Assembly (NCBI GenBank): GCA_905178155.1
Contig: CAJINV010000004.1
Span: forward strand, 9,710,625 to 9,774,624
DNA from: Amoebophrya sp. A120
Taxonomy: Eukaryota; Protista; Dinoflagellata
Reading direction: 5' to 3'
Length of the DNA: 64,000 nucleotides
Under the pieces are notes generated by a model. It was not told where the DNA came from, made no database searches, and saw only the letters and a program-made list of their open reading frames with translations. Each line of letters opens with the position of its first letter. Position 1 is the stretch's first letter. Shown piece after piece: positions 60,301-64,000 of the stretch. The position numbers and the translations under genes were made by a program.

Positions 60301-63300
60301 ATTACATCATCGGCAAGCAGATCGGGCAGGGCGCGTACGCGACGGTCAGGCTGGCGGTGCACAAGCCGAGCGGCAAGAAGGTCGCCATCAAAATCTACGA
60401 GAAGAGTCGGCTGTTGGATCCCCAGCGACGGAAGTCGGTCAGACGCGAGATTCGAGTCATGGACCGGTTGTCGCACCCCAACATCGTGAAATTTTACGAG
60501 GTCGCGGATACCAGCAGACAGGTAGCTTAAGGTTTGTATATGCAAACCCAACAAGGACAAGCAGCTTTGCTCCTGTTGTAGTTGTTGAAAAATTTCAAGT
60601 TTTCATCTGGATGAAAAGAAAATTCAATCGTGTCACATTTTGATTTGTTTCTACTCACTCCATAAAAATTAATGCTATATATAATCAGGTTTTCCTGGTC
60701 CTCGAGTACATTAATGGTGGCTCCCTCCACTACCTGCTCAAAAAGCGCACCAACCGCCGGTTGTCGGAAATCGACGCTCGCATGATTTTCTCCCAAGTCT
60801 GCGCCGGAATCCGGTACTGCCACGAGCTATGACAGCCTCAGAATGGAAATCCTCAAAGTGGAAATGATTTGTAATGCAAAAAAGCGACTCCACTTGAAGT
60901 GGCGTTTGTAGTCGGCGCATGACAAATTTTCCGGTCACTTAGAGCATCTCTGTCATGCAGGTTGAGGCAAAGGGGTGCCCTCCTGTCGTGCTAAGCAGCA
61001 CTCCAATTCTTCACCCCTAGCAGGACAATAGTCGGCCCCCATTGCGTCCTCTGCAATACAGTCTTTTTTGCGTCGCATTTCATGCATCACAAATCATTTC
61101 CACTTTGAGGATTTCCATTCTGAGGCTTTCATACGAGCGGTTGGTGGTGCACAGAGACATCAAGCTCGAGAACGTCTTGGTACAGTACCCCGATAAAGCC
61201 GTCGCGCACAATATTGTGAGGAAAAATCCCCCCTCCCCATATCGAAAAGGTACGTCTCGAAAAATTTGTAATGCTGATTTGTGACCACAAATCGTCTCTG
61301 TCTTGCAAGAACGCAACCCCATAGGCTGCGCCGCATACTGCAGGCGGTTTGTGATGCTGTGGGCCCTACAGATTAGATGTTTCCCATGCTCAGCGCCTAG
61401 CCCAAAACCTCTCTACTCAAGCTTAGTATAGGCCTGCAGTCCTCTCCAGCAAGACAAAGCTGAATTGCGTATCCAAATCCAGCAACAGAAATTTCCGTTT
61501 CAATTAGACCAGAAAATCGGAAGAAGTACATGTTTTTTTGCGCATCCCCTTGCAACGGGGGTCGCGGGCTGAATGAGGTTGGGGGGTGCGAAGGCGCGAC
61601 CGCGTTCCGGGTTGTTTTATCCCGGAAAAATTAGCCCCCGGCATTGCGGCTGCGCGGCCGGGGCCGGGGCGGGTCGGCTTCCTTGGCGTAGATAGGAAGG
61701 CGACGACACACAGCCAACACCTCGCCACCCGCCCCCACGCTGGGCCCACGTCGGGGACACACAACAGACGCGGCGCGCATCCCGGGGCCCCAAAGCGAAG
61801 CCCTTCCGGGCCCGGAAAAGCTCCTGCTTTGGCTGCGGCCTGGCGCGCCTTTTCCCTTCGTTCCGGGGCCCCGGCCGGCGGGTGAACTGCAGGCCCCCCA
61901 AGAGGCACGCGCGCCTCCCCCTTTCGGAGGGGGGGGGAAAAGGGGGCCCGAATTGGCCCAATTCGCCTCCCTTTTTGAGGGGGGGGGTAAAATGTGCCCG
62001 ATTCTGGCTCATTTTGCCCCCCCCCTGTAGTAGCGGGGGAAGGCCATTTTTTGCCCCCCCCCTAAAAAAGGCGGCAGAATTGGGCCAATTCGGCCCCCTT
62101 TTTACCCCCCCTCCAGAAGGGGGGGCCCGCGCGCCTTCCGGGCCCCCCTTCCCGGCCCCCCAATTGTGGGGCGGCTGTTGTTGCGGCCGAAGCAGGCCCC
62201 ACCTTAGGGGCGCGCGCCCTACTTACTGCTTCGAGGGCCGGCCCCTCCGGTACGGCGGGCAGGCCCATGCGCTTCCGGCAAAAAACATGGCGGCGGCGCA
62301 CCGGCCCGACCGGGACGGGCCCGCGGGGAGGCCGCTTGGTGGGGCGGCTTTTCTCGCTCTTGGCGGGCTTCGAGGTCGGGAGGCCGCCCCGGCTCTCTTT
62401 GGCAAGCCACACCCCCCGAGCCGCTGCATGGCGCAGCGAGGTCCTCGGGCCGGGTGTACTGTCGGGGCACCCCGCCGCCCCCGAAGCGAAACGAAAGCGG
62501 CCCGCCATGCAAGCGGGTGCGCGAAAAAGTATGTACTTCTTCCGATTTTCTGGTCTAATTCAATATGGGGAGGGGGGATTTTTCAGTTTGATACACAACC
62601 AAAACCTGGCCTTGACCAGCTCGGGGCATTTGGACCCGCGGCAGTTAGTTGTCAAGCTGATTGACTTCGGATTCGCGAGCTTGGTTGTGCCGGGGAAAAA
62701 GCTGCGCGTCTTCTGCGGAACGCCCAGCTACATGGCCCCGGAGATCATTCAGAGAAGGGAATATGGCGGGTATGGAATTCATTTTGAACTGTTGTTTTTG
62801 TTATCGCTTCTGACTCGGGATGAAAGGCTGATGATACATCATGATGATAGTAGCTACAGGCACAAAAAACTGCGTGTTGATGGTGCAAGTAGAATGATCG
62901 AAAAGCAAAATATAATCTCTCCGGTGATAAACTACAGTTACTGCGTGGACATCTGGGCTTTGGGTATTCTGCTGTACGCCATGCTTTTCGGGCAGTTTCC
63001 ATTTCGTGGCCAATCGGACAAGGAACTCTACAAGAAGATCTTGAAGGTACAGAATTTTTTTGTGATGTTGCACGAAAGTAGGCATGCCGCGTTTTCATTT
63101 TCTCACTTTCCGCGAGGAGATGCATTGACAAGTTGGAAACTTCTCGAATCAACCAACAATAAATCAGGGCGCCTTCGTGTTCCCAGAGGGCCTCGAGCAG
63201 GAAGTTAGCAAGAACGCCCGTGCCCTGCTCGCCAAGGTTTTCGTCAACATGGAGGTCCGCCCCACCATTCAGAACGTGTCCATGGATCCCTTCTTCTCGG

Positions 63301-63910
63301 AGCACCTGAGTAGTCGTCCGGGCACCGCGAATCACCACCGCCCAAGCTCTTCGCACGCAACGCTGAGCGGACAACGAGACCTGAATTTTCAGCACCATCA
63401 CGAAGCAACAACGAGACCCGCCACCTCATCAGGGACCTCCTCTTCCGCGGGCGCAGGGGGAAACGTAAACATCAACATCCACAAAACCGCTTCGGGCTAC
63501 CCGTTGCGCGAAGAAGCCATTGCAAAGTTGGAAAAACTCGGGTACGCACGCGAAGACATCTTGCGGCAAATGAAGGACGAAAACTATCAAATGCAAATAT
63601 GTCTGGGTCTGCGTCTGGAAGAGTCATGCTGCGTTTGCATGACACAGAAGGTCTGGCATGGAAGCTCTAGCATCACAGGTTGCGAGAAGCTGCTTCCGCA
63701 ATGCCGAATCCGCATGACAAATGCCCCATTTTGGTGACAGAAAGTGGGCAGCTTTTGCTGCCTATGCATGAGAGACTTTTGCGTGTTGTGAAATGCGCAT
63801 CACAAGTTTGCAATCTTCCAGACCCAGACATTTTTGCAATCCATAAAAACTCACACCTCTCAAAACTCTACACCCGGTTTGTCAAAGCACTGAACGCGTG
63901 GGGGAAGTAG
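57317..63910 (+). CDS. Ser/Thr protein kinase, CAMK group (AMPK/MARK-like, ~975 aa) with a long disordered N-terminus and UBA-like tail; 6 introners and GT-AG introns 60522-60688, 62770-62937, 63047-63167
   Basis: [35 protein letters not shown] and DIWALG are all in one spliced frame; C-terminal [15 protein letters not shown]. Confidence 0.92.
57370..57604. mobile_element. Introner family B (reverse orientation)
   Basis: DR TTTTC. Confidence 0.9.
58230..58498. mobile_element. Introner family D (diverged)
   Basis: DR CACTG/CACCG. Confidence 0.85.
58703..59429. mobile_element. Introner family F carrying a 402-bp internal insert (58978-59379)
   Basis: DR GAAAC; insert flanked by a 17-bp duplication GCATGGCAAATCATTTC. 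Confidence 0.9.
58999..59260. repeat. Minisatellite with GTTGGCGAA core (~20-bp spacing) inside the captured insert
   Basis: About a dozen GTTGGCG(A/C)A-like cores; CGTTGGCGAACGTTAAACGTACTC occurs twice. Confidence 0.85.
60828..61133. mobile_element. Introner family I
   Basis: DR CGAGC; lies just before HRDIK. Confidence 0.92.
61212..62593. mobile_element. Introner family A (reverse orientation) containing a nested TIR element
   Basis: DR CACAA; sits between kinase HRD and DFG motifs. Confidence 0.9.
61504..62558. mobile_element. Nested non-autonomous DNA transposon (MITE-like, 1,055 bp, GC-rich)
   Basis: Perfect 28-bp TIR TTAGACCAGAAAATCGGAAGAAGTACAT (imperfect to ~50 bp); 5-bp target duplication TTCAA at 61499-61503 and 62559-62563. 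Confidence 0.92.
63585..63845. mobile_element. Introner family D
   Basis: DR AAAAC. Confidence 0.9.
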
Positions 63911-64000
63911 ATATTGTGGTGCTGTGAGGTTTCTATCCATGTACCTACATTTTTCAGATCGTCTATTCGTGCTGCTGTACTATTTTCCTTGTTTTTTATC

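Noticed and set aside
61504-62664. ORFs inside the nested element as a transposase
   Set aside because: Short, GC-driven and without catalytic motifs; the element appears non-autonomous
2771-63910. Genes as transposon-disrupted pseudogenes
   Set aside because: No stops or frameshifts remain after precise excision at all 56 sites, and catalytic motifs are intact

Overview
Eukaryotic genomic DNA, most likely from a parasitic dinoflagellate (Syndiniales, Amoebophrya-like; inferred from intron architecture, not from a database match). Eight protein-coding genes, plus a possible AP2-like exon, lie co-oriented on the + strand. The genes are interrupted by 56 short (mostly ~140-330 bp) transposon-like elements (introners) in about 10 families. 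Each element starts TAT and ends ATA (three single-base exceptions), has terminal inverted repeats (TIRs) and is flanked by a 5-bp direct repeat (DR). Removing the element plus one DR restores the reading frame in every case I traced, and almost none fit GT-AG. Recognisable products are an atlastin/GBP-type GTPase, a CAMK/AMPK-MARK-like kinase and a ~4,300-aa protein with two split Alma-family (DMSP-lyase/Asp-Glu racemase-like) domains. Finer points: a GCATNACAAA motif shared by families with otherwise different TIRs at fixed distances from the ends (39-40 or 47-50 nt); a splice register deducible from DR mismatches; insertions in both orientations; a 1,055-bp TIR element nested in an introner; and two foreign inserts captured at the shared motif. 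The left end (1-2460) is satellite/repeat DNA. No transposase gene was found. All coordinates were read by eye.
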